Origin: Candidatus Multivorans sp.
Lineage (GTDB): Bacteria; Acidobacteriota; Thermoanaerobaculia; Multivoradales; Multivoraceae
NCBI GenBank assembly: GCA_965224025.1
Contig: OZ245033.1
Coordinates: 4,576,001 to 4,640,000, forward strand
DNA length: 64,000 nt
Direction of reading: 5' to 3'
Within the stretch, counting starts at the first letter, position 1; every line of letters begins with the position of its first letter. The translations under genes and the position numbers were made by a program. The notes below the pieces were generated by a model. That model was given only the letters and a program-made list of their open reading frames with translations. It ran no database searches and was not told where the DNA came from. Below are positions 37,560 through 49,853 of this stretch, one piece after another.

Positions 37560-40500
37560 CTACCTCACGCCCAACACCGCGGGACTCTCGACGTTGCGCA
37601 TCGAGTGCAGAGTCGGCCAGCGTCCTGGCGGACTCAGACCGTCCTCGAAGCCGCAGAGGAGGCGGGCGCAAGCCCTGTCACGTGCGCGGTAGTGCAGTCC
37701 CTGCGCACTCATCCGGCAGCGTTCGACCTCACCATGCCATTCCTCCAGAAGCTGGTCGATGTGCTCATCCACCTCGACCGCCTTCTCCGGACAGGCTACC
37801 CCCACGCGCCGCCTAAACTCTGCGACGACTCTACGAACTTCAGGGTGCCGCGGATCGAAGCTCCCGGCCGCCTGATTCGGCGCGAGGCCGTTGCAAGCGT
37901 GACGAAGCGCGATCACCAGGGCGGCGTGAAGCGCCCGCTTCCGTACCTGAAACGTGTACGGCGTGACGCTGCTCGGCTCCACGAAGCGGTAGAACGACTC
38001 GTGGTACGGGCGGAACGACTCGTAGTGGGAGAGGCTCCTGGCCTGGTGCCGGTAGTAGTTGGCGACGACGATGCCCGGCGCATCGGCGCGCCCGACCCGG
38101 CTCGTCGCCTGCACATACTCACCCGTGGTCAGGGGCTGGCCGTTCACGATCATCAGTGCCAGGCGAGGAATGTCGAGACCCACCGACACCATGTTCGTGG
38201 ACAGAACCGCGTCCAGGCAGCGAGCGGCACCCCGCGGTTCAGCGAGGCGTTCGAAGGTCTCAGCGATCTGCTCGGCGGTATGACGGCTCCAAAGTTGTTC
38301 CACCTGCGTTTCGCGGAAGCGGCGGCGCAACTCCGTCTCGATCGGATCCTCCTCGGCCCCCTCCGGAGCCCCTGGTTCGCCGCCATCCCGCCCGTCCGTG
38401 TACTCCGCGATCAGCCGCTCGCCAAACTCACGGACGTCCGACTGGAAGGCGTTGCTACTTGTGCCGACGCCGCGCAGGCTGCCGTGATAGACGACATTCG
38501 TCCACCACGCCTCGAACAGGTCCTCCTCGTTTACATCGCCGCGGAAGACGACAAGTGGAGCCGCGACCAGGGACGCAGCAAGCGGCGCGAAGCAGTGCTG
38601 TTGGTCCTTGAGCGGCGCCAGATAGCCAACGTAGAGCCGACCAGGGCGACTACGATCGACCTTTGCGAACCACGAATCGTCACAGGACAGGCCGGGAGGC
38701 GGGAACACGGAGACGTCCCGACCGTAGAGCGCTCGCACCTGCTCCGTCGCCATGCGGATCGTGGCGGTGGAAGCGATGTACTTCGGCTCCACTCCCCGGC
38801 AGCGAATAGCAGTCTCGATTCCCGCCTCGTAGAGGCCCGCGACCGAACCGAGTGGCCCTGAGATCAGGTGCAACTCGTCCTGGAGAACGAGATCCGGCGC
38901 GCGACGGTTTCTGCCGGCACCGAAGAAGGCGCCGGCGCGCTCCTCCCAGGCCAGACGGGCGAACTTGTCGATCGTGGCGATCAGGAGAGACGGCGGGTGC
39001 GCGTACAGCGACTCGTCGACCACGCGGCAGGGCAGGGATGGTCGCATGTGCCGAACTCGCAGTGCGGACTCCTGCAGTGGAAGCGGAAGTCCGGGTATGC
39101 CGCCTCGTAGCCACGCTCTCCGTCGAACGGCTCACGGCACCATGGACAGCGGGAGAGCAACAAACGGTTGCGAACCTTGTCGTCCACGTCGCCGGCCCGA
39201 ATCTCATCCACGATCGCAGCCGCGTCCCGGATCGTGTTAGGACAGACGCCGCTACCGACCCAGATACCGACGGTGAACGGCTCCTCGCCTAACCGCCCTT
39301 TCCCTTCCGCGTCGTTGCGGCGCAACAACTCCAGGGCGCAGATCAGCACGGCAGCCCGCTCGAACTGTTGCCTCGTCAGAAGGCGCAATGTGTAGCGCAT
39401 GAAGGCCGCCGTGCCGCCGCCCTCTTCGCCGTAGCGGAGGCGCCGCCATACGAGCAGGAACGCAATGAGACCGAGGTAAGCCTCCGTCTTGCCGCCGCCG
39501 GTCTGGAACCAGATCAGGTCGAGGACGTCCCGGTCATCGTCCCGCTCCGACACCGTCGATTCGATCGTGGCGAGCAGGAAGCCAAGCTGGAACGGCCGCC
39601 AAGACGGATCGTCTCGGTCAGGACGGTACTGGACCATCTGCCGAAGCATCGCCCGGTTCGCCAACCGAAACGCCAGCGCCGCGTCCGGCTCCGCGCTGAG
39701 CATCTCGACCCCGCGGAGCATCCGTTCATGAGCTTGCTCCATCCGGTCGCAGATTCGACGAGCAGCACCGATCTCACCGTCGGAGCCCAGCCTGCCCGCT
39801 TCTGCCCTACGGCCGCGTACCCAATCGCCGTACTCACTTACGAAGCTCCTGAGCCGCTCGATCGGCAGGTCATCCCCTGCGAGACGGACTATTCGTAGGA
39901 CATCGGCTTCGCCCCTGGGCTCCACACTGACGATCGGCGCCTCGGCCCGTGGCAGGAACTCGGACCAGATGCGCGCGGGCCTGGCTGACTTCACGCTCCA
40001 GTCCACCGCCGCCCCGTGGCCGACCGCGAAGATGCGCCGCTCGCGGTACTGAAGCTCCAGTTCCCGCTCCTCATCGGTCTGTCGACTTGGATCGACACGC
40101 GGATAGTCGACGACCTCTCCCTCTTCGACGAAGCACTCGATCCGGGCTTCGAAGAGGGATCGTTCCACGCGCGCAACCGCTCTCTCGCGAGCAACTTCGC
40201 CCATTCCCACCACTTGCTGGTTGAACAGCGTGACGGTCAGGATCGTGCCTGACCCGTGCGGCCGGGATCGGACATCCATGCCGGCACGACCGTTCCAGAT
40301 CGGTACGCGGAAGTCGTCGCCACCGAAACAGACCTCTGCCGGCTCCAGTTCCTTTCGGAGGTACGACCCTTCGAATCGTCCGCGTTCGGCACGATAGGTC
40401 GGCTGCACATAGGTGGCGGCCGACGCCTTCACTAGCAGCCGAACTTCCCCTCGCACACAGAAGGAGAAGCCAACCGACGACGGCGGCACGTACCGCCGGC

Positions 40501-40789
40501 GTCGTACCGGCACGGCCTTGCGTTCCGAGGTTCCGGGCTCGCCGTCACGCGGCGCCTCCTCCGAGTCCTCCTCTCGAAGAGGGTCGCCCGACTCACCCTC
40601 CTCGACCCAGGTGCCTGATGCCGGGTCGAAGCCCCGTTCCTCGGACAGAAGCGGATGCAGCACACCAACGGAATAGCGGTCGAGCGGCGACATGTCGATC
40701 TCGTCGCGGCCTTCTTCGCTCGGCGCGGCCGGCCCGATGAGCTGCCGCTCCAGCCAATCGACCAGCCGCTGTCTCGCTTCGACGTACAA
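37560..40789 (-). pseudogene. drmA: SF2 helicase, DISARM DrmA-like, split by a 1-bp frameshift (real lesion or assembly error)
   Basis: WRPFQL, TGGGKTEAYL and YTLRLLT.QQF in ORF1; ATIDKFA, QDELHL, STAT and QATSRVGR in ORF2. Adding one C near 39037 gives continuous CDHPLPCRVVDE. A TTG start is assumed. Confidence 0.88.
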
Positions 40790-40808
40790 GAAACGACGCG
40801 ACGCCGGA

Positions 40809-42428
40809 TCAGGCGGCTGTCGCCTCCTCAAGCACGATGAGCAGCTCCTGCGCTCGTGTGGAAGCGACGTACAGGTGACGATCGCTGCAAGACTGCGGAT
40901 TCCCGTCGACGTCGACCAGGATGACCACGTCCGACTCGAGTCCCTTGAAGGCGTGCAGGCTGGTGAACCGGACATCGGACGGACCCTGCGGCCGCGCCGT
41001 CAGGTTGAAATTGCCCAGGCGCCGCTGGCGCGCCAGATGGCTTCGGCTCGTCTTATGAGTAGACAGCACGGTGATTTGCTCCGTGCCGACTTTCTCCTCC
41101 GCCACCAGGCGATGGAGTTGCCTCCGCACCTGGCCGACCATCTCCTCGGGCGTGCGATAGCTGAGTGACGTGACGCGCTCGCCGTGGGGGGCGTCTGGAA
41201 AGACATCACAGCGAATGCCAATCACATCGGCAGCGTAGGAAGCGATGCGGCGGGTGTTCCGGCAGTTCCAGGTCAGGGGAAACGGAGGGGCCGGAAAGGT
41301 GTCCGGCGGCCCGCCGCCATAGATGTCCTGGTTCGGGTCGAAGAAGGCGAAGAGGATGCCGTCCCGTTCATCGCGGAGCGCTGCCTCGACCGCCAGCCAC
41401 CAGTGGGGCCGGAAGTCCTGGCCCTCGTCGACGATGATTGCGTCGTAGCGGTCGTCGGGACGCCGTTCCAGCGCCTCCAGCAGCAGTTCGGGCGCCGTGT
41501 CCTCCCAGAACTTCTGTTGCTTGCCAGCGGTCTTCGGCACGCCGAAGTCGAGCCCCGCCGCGACCGCCCGTTCCCGGCAGAATCCGTGAAAGCTCCTGGC
41601 CTCGAAGCTCGTCGCCCGGGACGACAGCCACTCCGCCAGCGCCTGGTTGAAGCAGAGCAGAAGCACTCGTTGACCCATGCGCGCAAGCCGAGCCGCCTTC
41701 AGTTCCGCCAGCACCGTTTTGCCGGTGCCGGCCGAGCCCTGGATCGCCGCCCGGCGCTGGTATTCGAGGAAGTCGAGCGTGCGGGTCTGCTCCTCGGTCA
41801 ACCGCTCGATCGCCTTGCGATTGCGGTCGACGCGAGCGGCCAAGTGAGCATGCAGGACGTACTCCGGCGGCTTCAGGGCCTCGACGAGCAGATCAACCTC
41901 GGTGCCAGACATCGGTTCTCGCCCGGTCATCAGGTACGACTCGAAGACGCGGCCGAGCGCACCGCCAAGGTCGTGCATGTCGTCGCTCCACAGGACGGTA
42001 TCGATCGGGAAGTCAGGCCCGAGCTCCCGCTGGCCGCGCACCACGTCGGGGAACGCCACCGCGGCGTGAACCATGGGCAGCCTGCGGCCACGGTACGAAA
42101 CCGAATCCCGCATCCACCGGCGCAACGCGTAGACGGTCTTGTTCGCCTGTTCGCCGGGATGCTTGAGCGGGTGCCGCTCACCGCTACGGTCGATGGAAGA
42201 CCACTCCTTTCCCCGACGCTCTATCCGCCCGCCCTTGACCTCGATGGCGAGCCCGCCGCGAGCCGGGTCGACGACAAGGAAGTCGACTTCGCGGTCAGAC
42301 GGCGGCTGCCTGATCCGCAGGCCGTGAATCACCGTCCAGTCGTCTGGCAAATCGCTCCTTGCCAACTCCAGGAAGCGACGTTCCGAAGCGGGCAGGTCGC
42401 CCGTCGTCCATTCGACGATGCGCGGCAT
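40809..42428 (-). CDS. NERD nuclease + SF1 helicase fusion
   Basis: EVDFLV...IEVKGG nuclease motif; GSAGTGKT, IVDEGQD, RNT, FKGLE, LYVASTRA. Confidence 0.9.
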   Translation of the reverse strand: MPRIVEWTTGDLPASERRFLELARSDLPDDWTVIHGLRIRQPPSDREVDFLVVDPARGGLAIEVKGGRIERRGKEWSSIDRSGERHPLKHPGEQANKTVYALRRWMRDSVSYRGRRLPMVHAAVAFPDVVRGQRELGPDFPIDTVLWSDDMHDLGGALGRVFESYLMTGREPMSGTEVDLLVEALKPPEYVLHAHLAARVDRNRKAIERLTEEQTRTLDFLEYQRRAAIQGSAGTGKTVLAELKAARLARMGQRVLLLCFNQALAEWLSSRATSFEARSFHGFCRERAVAAGLDFGVPKTAGKQQKFWEDTAPELLLEALERRPDDRYDAIIVDEGQDFRPHWWLAVEAALRDERDGILFAFFDPNQDIYGGGPPDTFPAPPFPLTWNCRNTRRIASYAADVIGIRCDVFPDAPHGERVTSLSYRTPEEMVGQVRRQLHRLVAEEKVGTEQITVLSTHKTSRSHLARQRRLGNFNLTARPQGPSDVRFTSLHAFKGLESDVVILVDVDGNPQSCSDRHLYVASTRAQELLIVLEEATAA

Positions 42429-42666
42429 GACGGGATCAGGCCAGAGCGCTCGTCGCTGAAGACGACGAGACATCGGCCGACCGGCGGAACGCCCGCATCG
42501 GCGGCAGGGGTTGCAAGGAGGGGCAGAAAACGAGGCGCCCCGACAAGACGACTTCGTTCATGGCAAGCGCGGGAGCATACATGAGCTGACCGGTGTGCCG
42601 GGTACACTCCGCCGAAATCACTGAACCCGATCGGCAGAGTCCGTCTCGAAGACGAGAGCGCCTCCT

Positions 42667-45288
42667 ATGACCAGGAACGCAGCACCAGCAACACCGGTAG
42701 CACCATCCAGGCCCCGCCGGCACGTTTACGACGCGGCCGAGATCGAGCCGAAGTGGCAGCAGATCTGGCGCGAGCACCAGGCCTTTCGCACCCCGGACGA
42801 CCCTGAGGTCCTGAAGAGCCGGCCCAAGTACTACGTCCTGGACATGTTCCCCTACCCCTCCGGGGCGGGCCTGCACATCGGTCACCCGGAGGGTTACACG
42901 GCGACTGACGTCGTGGCGCGCAAGCGGCGCATGGAGGGCTACAACGTCCTCCACCCGATGGGCTGGGACGCCTTCGGCCTGCCGGCCGAGCGCGCCGCGG
43001 TGCGCGAGAACCAGCACCCGCGACTCATCACGCAGCGGAACATCGCGAACTTCCGGCGTCAGATCGAACGCATCGGCTTCTCGTACGACTGGGAGCGCGA
43101 GGTCGATACGTCGTCCGCGGACTACTACCGCTGGACGCAGTGGATCTTCCTGGAACTCCACAAGCGCGGCCTGGCCTACCTGGAGGACGTGCCGGTCTGG
43201 TGGTGCCCGGCGCTGGGCACCGTCCTCGCCAACGAGGAGGTCAAGGACGGCGCCTACGTCGACACCGGAGATCCCGTCGAGCGGCGCACGATGCGCCAGT
43301 GGATGCTCCGGATCACCGCCTACGCCGAGCGTCTGCTCGAGGACCTCGATGGGGTCGACTGGCCCGAGTACGTCAAGGAGATGCAGCGCAACTGGATCGG
43401 CAAGTCGCACGGTGCCGAGATCCGCATGCCGATCGCCGGAAGCGACGACAGCTTCCCCGTGTTCACGACCCGGCCGGACACGCTGTTCGGCGCCACTTAC
43501 TGCGTGCTGGCGCCGGAGCACCCGCTCGTGAGCGAGATCACGACCCCGGACCGCCAGGCCGCGGTCGACGCCTACGTCACCGACGCGATCAACAAGAGCG
43601 AGCTGCAGCGCACCGACCTGGCGAAGAGCAAGACCGGCGTATTCACGGGCGGCTACGCGACGAATCCCGCCACCGGGGAGCCGATCCCGATCTGGGTCGC
43701 GGACTACGTCCTGATGAGCTACGGCTCGGGCGCGATCATGGGCGTCCCCGGCCAGGACCAGCGCGACTGGGAATTCGCGGTGGAGTACGACTTACCCGTC
43801 GTCCGCACCGTCGAGCCGCCGGACGGCTGGGAGGGCGACGCCTACCTCGAAGACGGTCCGGCCATCAACAGCGGCTTCCTCGACGGCCTCCTGGTCGAGG
43901 CTGCCAAGGAACGGATGATCGAGTGGCTGGTCGAGCAGGGGCACGGCAGCCGGCGCGTCGAGTACCGGCTGCGCGACTGGCTGTTCTCACGCCAGCGCTA
44001 CTGGGGCGAGCCGTTCCCGGTGCTCCACGTGCTTGGCGACGACGGCGAGCCCACCGGCGAGATCCTGCCGGTGCCGCGCGACGACCTGCCAGTCGAGCTC
44101 CCCGAGGTCGACGAGTTCAAGCCGACCGCCGACGGCCGGCCGCCGCTCGCCCGCGCCGGTGACGACTGGCTGCTCGTGACGCTGCCGGACGGCCGCAAGG
44201 CAAGGCGCGAGACGAACACGATGCCGCAGTGGGCCGGCTCCTGCTGGTACTTCCTGCGCTACATCGACCCGAAGAACACGGAGGCGCCCTGGTCACGCGA
44301 GCTGGAGCGCTACTGGATGCCGGTCGATCTCTACATCGGCGGCGTCGAGCACGCGGTCCTCCACCTGCTCTATGCCCGCTTCTGGCAGAAGGTGCTCTAC
44401 GACGCCGGCCTGGTCTCGACCTCCGAGCCGTTCGCGCGGCTGTTCAACCAGGGGATGATCCTGGCTTTCAGCTACCGCGACAAGGGTGGCAAGTACCACC
44501 ACCCCGACACGGTCGACTGGCGCGACGACAGGGTGTTCCTCGCCGGCACGAACGAACCGCTCGAAGCCCGGATCGAGAAGATGTCCAAGTCGAAGCTGAA
44601 CGTCGCCAATCCCGACGACGTGATCGAGCGCTGGGGCGCCGACACGCTGCGGCTGCATGAGCTGTTCATGGGCCCGCTCCACCAGCAGAAGCCCTGGCAG
44701 ACCAAGGACACCGACGGCGTTCACCGCTTCCTCCGGCGGACCTGGCGCCTGGTCGTCGACGAGCGAACCGGCGCCGTTGCGGACCGGGTTGGCGACGACG
44801 CGGCCGAAGCCCCATCCGAAGACACAGCGGAACTGAATCGCCTGCTCCACAAGACGATCCGCAAGGTCGGCGAGGACATCGACACCCTGGACATGAACAC
44901 AGCGATCTCCCAGATGATGATCTGGGTCAACGCGGCGACCGCCGCGGACCGCGTGCCACGCCGGGCGCTCAGCGCTTTTCTGCGCATCCTGTCGCCCTTT
45001 GCACCGCACCTCGCCGAAGAGTTGTGGTCCCGGCTGGGCGCCGAGGGACTGATCTGCCACCAGGACTGGCCGGCATTCGACCCGGCCCTGGTGGTCGACA
45101 AGACGATCAACGTCGTGGTCCAGGTCATGGGCAAGAAGCGGGACGTGCTCCAGGTCGTCGCCGATGCCGACAGAGCGACCCTGGAACGGCTCGCGCTCGC
45201 CTCGGAGAACGCCCGGCGTTTCATGGACGGCAAGGAGCCGCGCAAGGTGATCGTGGTGCCGGGCCGGCTGGTCAACATCGTCGTGTAG
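42667..45288 (+). CDS. leuS: leucine--tRNA ligase
   Basis: MFPYPSGAGLHIGH, KMSKS, WLFSRQRYWG, editing domain FTTRPDT. Confidence 0.98.
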   Translation: MTRNAAPATPVAPSRPRRHVYDAAEIEPKWQQIWREHQAFRTPDDPEVLKSRPKYYVLDMFPYPSGAGLHIGHPEGYTATDVVARKRRMEGYNVLHPMGWDAFGLPAERAAVRENQHPRLITQRNIANFRRQIERIGFSYDWEREVDTSSADYYRWTQWIFLELHKRGLAYLEDVPVWWCPALGTVLANEEVKDGAYVDTGDPVERRTMRQWMLRITAYAERLLEDLDGVDWPEYVKEMQRNWIGKSHGAEIRMPIAGSDDSFPVFTTRPDTLFGATYCVLAPEHPLVSEITTPDRQAAVDAYVTDAINKSELQRTDLAKSKTGVFTGGYATNPATGEPIPIWVADYVLMSYGSGAIMGVPGQDQRDWEFAVEYDLPVVRTVEPPDGWEGDAYLEDGPAINSGFLDGLLVEAAKERMIEWLVEQGHGSRRVEYRLRDWLFSRQRYWGEPFPVLHVLGDDGEPTGEILPVPRDDLPVELPEVDEFKPTADGRPPLARAGDDWLLVTLPDGRKARRETNTMPQWAGSCWYFLRYIDPKNTEAPWSRELERYWMPVDLYIGGVEHAVLHLLYARFWQKVLYDAGLVSTSEPFARLFNQGMILAFSYRDKGGKYHHPDTVDWRDDRVFLAGTNEPLEARIEKMSKSKLNVANPDDVIERWGADTLRLHELFMGPLHQQKPWQTKDTDGVHRFLRRTWRLVVDERTGAVADRVGDDAAEAPSEDTAELNRLLHKTIRKVGEDIDTLDMNTAISQMMIWVNAATAADRVPRRALSAFLRILSPFAPHLAEELWSRLGAEGLICHQDWPAFDPALVVDKTINVVVQVMGKKRDVLQVVADADRATLERLALASENARRFMDGKEPRKVIVVPGRLVNIVV

Positions 45289-45352
45289 AGCGACTACTCA
45301 CCGTTAGAGTCGGAGATGTCCGCACATCACTTCCTCGTTGGAGGGACGCGCC

Positions 45353-45910
45353 ATGGGATGGTTGACGGATCAGTTTGACGACAGGCGAAAGCCGCTGACG
45401 CCAGAACAAAAGAGGGCAGCAAAGCAAGAGCGGCGGGAGGCCAAGCAGCGAGAGAAGGCTGAGCGACAACGGCAACGAAGGGAAGCCGCTGGAGAAGCGG
45501 CTCGGGCGAAGAAGGAACGACAGCGCGCCACAATGTTCGCCCGAACACCGGCAGGCTTGGCACGCCAAGCCGCCGAGGCCGGTCAGATCGTGTTCCAGTA
45601 CATCGACACGCTCGCCGAGACCAAACCAAACGTCGTACCGATGGCAGGCGCGGAATCCGTTGAAGGGACCCAGGGATTGGCGGGCGACAAGCAAGCCCGC
45701 AACCGAGAGAAACTGCACCGCTTTGACCCACGTCACCCCATCGAACAAGTCGAGAGCGAGGGCTGGGAACTTCTCAACACCGGCCACACGTTTCAGCCCA
45801 CGATCACCGAGAGCCGCGACAAGTTCCTCGCTAGTGGCCAGCAGGAGGCCATAGGTGGTCGTGTGCTCGGGATCTACACATTCCGCCGCTCCAGCGCGCA
45901 ACCATCCTGA
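45353..45910 (+). CDS. hypothetical protein
   Basis: GGAGG RBS; charged helical N-terminus and a globular C-terminus. Confidence 0.65.
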   Translation: MGWLTDQFDDRRKPLTPEQKRAAKQERREAKQREKAERQRQRREAAGEAARAKKERQRATMFARTPAGLARQAAEAGQIVFQYIDTLAETKPNVVPMAGAESVEGTQGLAGDKQARNREKLHRFDPRHPIEQVESEGWELLNTGHTFQPTITESRDKFLASGQQEAIGGRVLGIYTFRRSSAQPS

Positions 45911-46081
45911 GCGCGGGCCGGCGCCGGCTAAAGCAGCCTAGTCTCACGAACCACGCCTACCCAACGACCGCGCGCAGCGAATGCTACTCGGCTCGCGCAT
46001 TCCCTGCGATCGAGTATGATGACCGGCCCTCGGAGCCATCGTCGCGTAGGCCTTCCGAGCCCAACCCGTAGCGAGACCACC

Positions 46082-46324
46082 ATGAAGAGCGATATCCACC
46101 CGAAGCTCCACCCGGTCGTGTTCATCGACCCCTCGGCCAACGCCGAGTTCATCTCCCAGTCGACGATGACGAGCGACACGACGCGCGACATCGACGGCGT
46201 CGAGCATTACGAGATCCGCCTCGAGATCTCCTCAGCGTCCCACCCCTTCTACACGGGACGCCAGCACTTCGTAGACAGCGCCGGCCAGATCGAGAAGTTC
46301 CAGCGCAGGTACGGGCGCAAGTAA
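46082..46324 (+). CDS. rpmE2: 50S ribosomal protein L31 type B (Cys-free)
   Basis: MKSDIHP..HPVVF.D...EISSASHPFYTG..VDSAG.IEKF; contains no cysteines. Confidence 0.93.
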   Translation: MKSDIHPKLHPVVFIDPSANAEFISQSTMTSDTTRDIDGVEHYEIRLEISSASHPFYTGRQHFVDSAGQIEKFQRRYGRK

Positions 46325-46431
46325 CTGACCGCGAAGCGGAGCCGGCCTGACGGCCGGCGCGTCTTCTCGGCCGCCTGCGGCGGCAGCCGGCGGGGACGCC
46401 GGCGCACCCAGTCCGCGACCAGTTCCATCTG

Positions 46432-48753
46432 CTAGCTCAACGCCCTCCAGACCTGGGCGACGGCGAAACACAGCACGAAGCCCAGGGCCACGGGCAGCAA
46501 GGCCGAGACCGCGGTCCAGCGGACGCTGCGGGTCTCCCTCCAGATCGTGTAGAGGGTGGTCGAGCACGGGTTGTGGACGAGGGAGAAGAGCATCAGGCAG
46601 ACGGCGGTCAGCAGGGTGAAGCCGCCGGCCTCGAGGACGCCGGCCGTGGCGGCCTCGGAGTCGAGCTCGAACATCACCCCGGCGCCTGCGCCAACTCCAG
46701 GAACGCCGGCAACCAGCACCGTCAGCATCAGGATGGTCGGGATCACGATCTCGTTCGCAGGGATCGCGATGATGTAGGCCACGAGGATGATCCCGGTCAG
46801 GCCGAGGGCAAAGCCGAAGGGGTCGAGGGCGCCGATCAGGCTCTCGGCCAGCGACGCGTCGCCGGTGCGGATGTTGCTGAGCAGCCAGATCACGGCACCG
46901 GCCGGCGCCGCGAACACGACCGCGCGCCAGAGCACGATCAGCGTCCGGTCGATGATCGAGGTGTAGATCGTCTGCAGCACCCGCGGCGGGCGGTACGGCG
47001 GCAGTTCGAGCGAGAACGCGGAGGCCTCGCCGCGCAGCACCGTCCGCGACAGGAACCACGACACGGCAAAGGTCAGCAGCACCCCGAGCACCGCGATCGC
47101 CACCACCGACAGCGCGGACACGGCGCCCGCGATGTGGGCCGGCACCAGGCCGCCGATGAAGATCGAAGCGACCAGGATCTGGGTCGGCCAGCGTCCGTTG
47201 CAGAGCGAGAAGTTGTTCGTGATGATCGCGATCAAGCGTTCGCGCGGACTGTCGATGATCCGCGTGGAGATGATCGCCGCCGCGTTGCAGCCCCAACCCA
47301 TCGCCATCGTCAGCGACTGCTTGCCGTGAGCGCCGACGCGGTGGAACATGCGGTCGAGGTTGAATGCGACGCGCGGCAGGTAGCCGAAGTCCTCGAGCAG
47401 CGTGAACAGCGGGAAGAAGATCGCCATCGGCGGCAGCATCACGGCGACCACCCAGGCCGTCGCGAGATACACGCCGTCGATCAGGAGCCCGTCGAGCCAC
47501 CAGACCAACCCGAAGGCGGAAGCCACCTGCTTGAGCAGCGGATGCACGGTGTCGATCAGAAGCGAGGCAAGCATCGACGACGGCACGTTGGCGCCCGCGA
47601 TCGTGAGCCAGAAGACGACCGTCAGCATGAGCAGCATCAGCGGGAAGCCGAACACCCGGCTGGTCACCAGGCGGTCGAGCCTGGCGTCGAAGTCGAAGCG
47701 GCGCCGTTCCCCGTCCCGGGAGACGGCGCGGTCGGCGATGCGGGCGGCCTCGGCGTAGACCGCCTCGGTCAACGCCTGGTGGAAGTTCCGGCCCACACCC
47801 CACCGCAGTTGCCCGGCCAGTTCAAGCACCGCCGCGCGGGCGGCCGGGTCGGCCGCAACCTGTGGCTCCGCCAACTCGGCGGCGGCCGCCCGGGTCGCCT
47901 CCGGTTCGGCAACCGGCGGCGCGCCCTCGCCGCCGGTTGACGGCGCCGCCGCGCCGCCATCCTCCCGCACTCCCAGATCCACCAGTTCGGCCAGGGAACC
48001 GCTCTCCACCGCGGCGGCAAGCGTGCGGTCGCCGTCGAGCAGCCGGAGAGCGACCCACTGCGGATTCGGCAGCATGGGGAACGCGTCCTGGATCGCCCCG
48101 GACAGACGCCGGGTCGCATCGCTCAGCACCGGGGATCGGCCGCCCACACGCCGCGGACGGCAACGATAGGAACCCGTCGCCACTTCCGCGACGACCCGGT
48201 TCAGTTCCTCGAGCCCCTCGCCCGAACGTGCCGCGGTCGCCACCACCGGCACGCCGAGGTCCCGCGCCAGACGGCGGGCATCGACGGTCAACCCCTTGCG
48301 CCGCGCTTCGTCCATCAGGTTGAGGCAGACGACGGCGCGGTCCGTGATCTCCAGGACCTGGAGCGCCAGGTTCAGGTTCCGCTCCAGGCGGGTCGCGTCG
48401 ACGACGATCACCGTGACGTCGGGGCGCCCGAAGAGGATGAAGTCGCGGGCGGTCTCCTCGTCGAGACTGGACGAAAGCAGAGAGTAGGTCCCCGGCAGGT
48501 CGACCAGCTTGTAGCGGTCGCCGCCGTACTTGAAACCGCCCTCGGCGCGGGTGACCGTCTTGCCGGGCCAGTTGCCGGTGTGCTGGCGCAGGCCGGTAAG
48601 CGCGTTGAACACCGTGCTCTTGCCGGTGTTCGGGTTGCCGGCCAGGGCGACGACGTAGTCCCAGTTGCTCATGTCGACGCCCAGTCGAACCAGGTTGCCC
48701 AGATGATGCGCCGGGCAGGTGGCGCAGTCGTGTGCGAGTGCCGGTTGGGTCAT
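46432..48753 (-). CDS. feoB: ferrous iron transporter B
   Basis: [28 protein letters not shown]; TM part LED.GYLPR, GWGCNA, LELPPYR. Confidence 0.96.
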   Translation of the reverse strand: MTQPALAHDCATCPAHHLGNLVRLGVDMSNWDYVVALAGNPNTGKSTVFNALTGLRQHTGNWPGKTVTRAEGGFKYGGDRYKLVDLPGTYSLLSSSLDEETARDFILFGRPDVTVIVVDATRLERNLNLALQVLEITDRAVVCLNLMDEARRKGLTVDARRLARDLGVPVVATAARSGEGLEELNRVVAEVATGSYRCRPRRVGGRSPVLSDATRRLSGAIQDAFPMLPNPQWVALRLLDGDRTLAAAVESGSLAELVDLGVREDGGAAAPSTGGEGAPPVAEPEATRAAAAELAEPQVAADPAARAAVLELAGQLRWGVGRNFHQALTEAVYAEAARIADRAVSRDGERRRFDFDARLDRLVTSRVFGFPLMLLMLTVVFWLTIAGANVPSSMLASLLIDTVHPLLKQVASAFGLVWWLDGLLIDGVYLATAWVVAVMLPPMAIFFPLFTLLEDFGYLPRVAFNLDRMFHRVGAHGKQSLTMAMGWGCNAAAIISTRIIDSPRERLIAIITNNFSLCNGRWPTQILVASIFIGGLVPAHIAGAVSALSVVAIAVLGVLLTFAVSWFLSRTVLRGEASAFSLELPPYRPPRVLQTIYTSIIDRTLIVLWRAVVFAAPAGAVIWLLSNIRTGDASLAESLIGALDPFGFALGLTGIILVAYIIAIPANEIVIPTILMLTVLVAGVPGVGAGAGVMFELDSEAATAGVLEAGGFTLLTAVCLMLFSLVHNPCSTTLYTIWRETRSVRWTAVSALLPVALGFVLCFAVAQVWRALS

Positions 48754-49799
48754 GCCGAGGCCGCCTGCCGGGGCAACTGTTGAACCTGGATCTGATCCGC
48801 CTGCGAGCGGCGCAGGGCGATCACCGCGCCGCGCACGCGGTAGGCCACCGGATCGCCCGACGGGCTGGCCATCTTCGCTTCCACCATGGTGCCCGGAAGC
48901 AGCCCCAGGTCGAGCAGCCTGCGACGCTCCATGCCGCAGCAGAAGCGCGAGAAGCCGACCACCAGCGCCTGCTCGCCGACGGCCACGCCGGACAGCGATC
49001 CGGTGGCGTCCGCGGATACCGGCCTGTGATCGGAAGCCTCCTCCGCTACGGGTATGGCGAAGATGTTGGCGGCGATGACCGGCGCCAGCACGACCTCGTC
49101 CAGGTCGGCTTCGAAGCGGATGCGCTCGGGCGCCACGGAAGAGATGCGCAACTTCATGCCGGGATGGACACCCTCGGCGACCAACTGTGCATAGACGGCG
49201 GCCGGCTCATCTTCGACGTGGACCACCTCGACCTCGTCGCCGGCCGCGAAGTCCGTCAACGCCCGGCCGGCGCGCGGCGGCAGGTCGCCTTCCTCTGTCG
49301 GGATCGGGTCGCCGTGCGGGTCGAACGGAGGATGACCCAGTCGCACCGACAGTTCCTCCGCCTGCTCGGGCGAAGTCAGGTGCTCCCGGCGCTCGGCCTC
49401 CGGGTGCCAGCGCTCCGGCTCCAGCCCCGTTTCGTCCGCCAGGTAGCGTTCCCACAGCCGGTGGATGCGGATCACGCGCAGCGCCTCGCTGCGTCCTTCG
49501 TCGGTCAGCCGGAAGCCTCCCTCCGCCGACACGATGAGCCCCACCCTCTCCATGCGGGCGAGGAGGTCGGTGCTCCGCCGGCCTCCGAGCCGCAGCACGC
49601 CGACCAGACTCTGGTGGGTCGCCTGGCGACCCTGGTACTCGCAGTCGAACAGGTGCTTGAGCGCGTCCTCGGTGCGCGTGCGGTACAGGGCGCGCCAGCC
49701 GGAGCGCCAGCGCCACAGCCAGCCGCGGTCCGGCCACGCCACCAAGGCGGCTAGGGCGATGACCGCGGCGAGAACGACGAGTGCGAGGAGAGGGTTCAT
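48750..49799 (-). CDS. DtxR/MntR-family metalloregulator with an N-terminal TM and two FeoA/SH3-like domains
   Basis: [27 protein letters not shown]; C-terminal [11 protein letters not shown]...GDP.AY.VRG..IALR. Confidence 0.88.
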   Translation of the reverse strand: MNPLLALVVLAAVIALAALVAWPDRGWLWRWRSGWRALYRTRTEDALKHLFDCEYQGRQATHQSLVGVLRLGGRRSTDLLARMERVGLIVSAEGGFRLTDEGRSEALRVIRIHRLWERYLADETGLEPERWHPEAERREHLTSPEQAEELSVRLGHPPFDPHGDPIPTEEGDLPPRAGRALTDFAAGDEVEVVHVEDEPAAVYAQLVAEGVHPGMKLRISSVAPERIRFEADLDEVVLAPVIAANIFAIPVAEEASDHRPVSADATGSLSGVAVGEQALVVGFSRFCCGMERRRLLDLGLLPGTMVEAKMASPSGDPVAYRVRGAVIALRRSQADQIQVQQLPRQAASA

Positions 49800-49853
49800 G
49801 TTGCGTCGGCGGGCGTCTCGGCGATCGTCGATTCGCTGGCGCGAATCAGAGTT

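Noticed and set aside
45979-46002. Zur/Fur box upstream of rpmE2 (GAATGC-N12-GCATTC)
   Set aside because: Short arms with a GC-rich centre; a poor match to the AT-rich Zur/Fur consensus.
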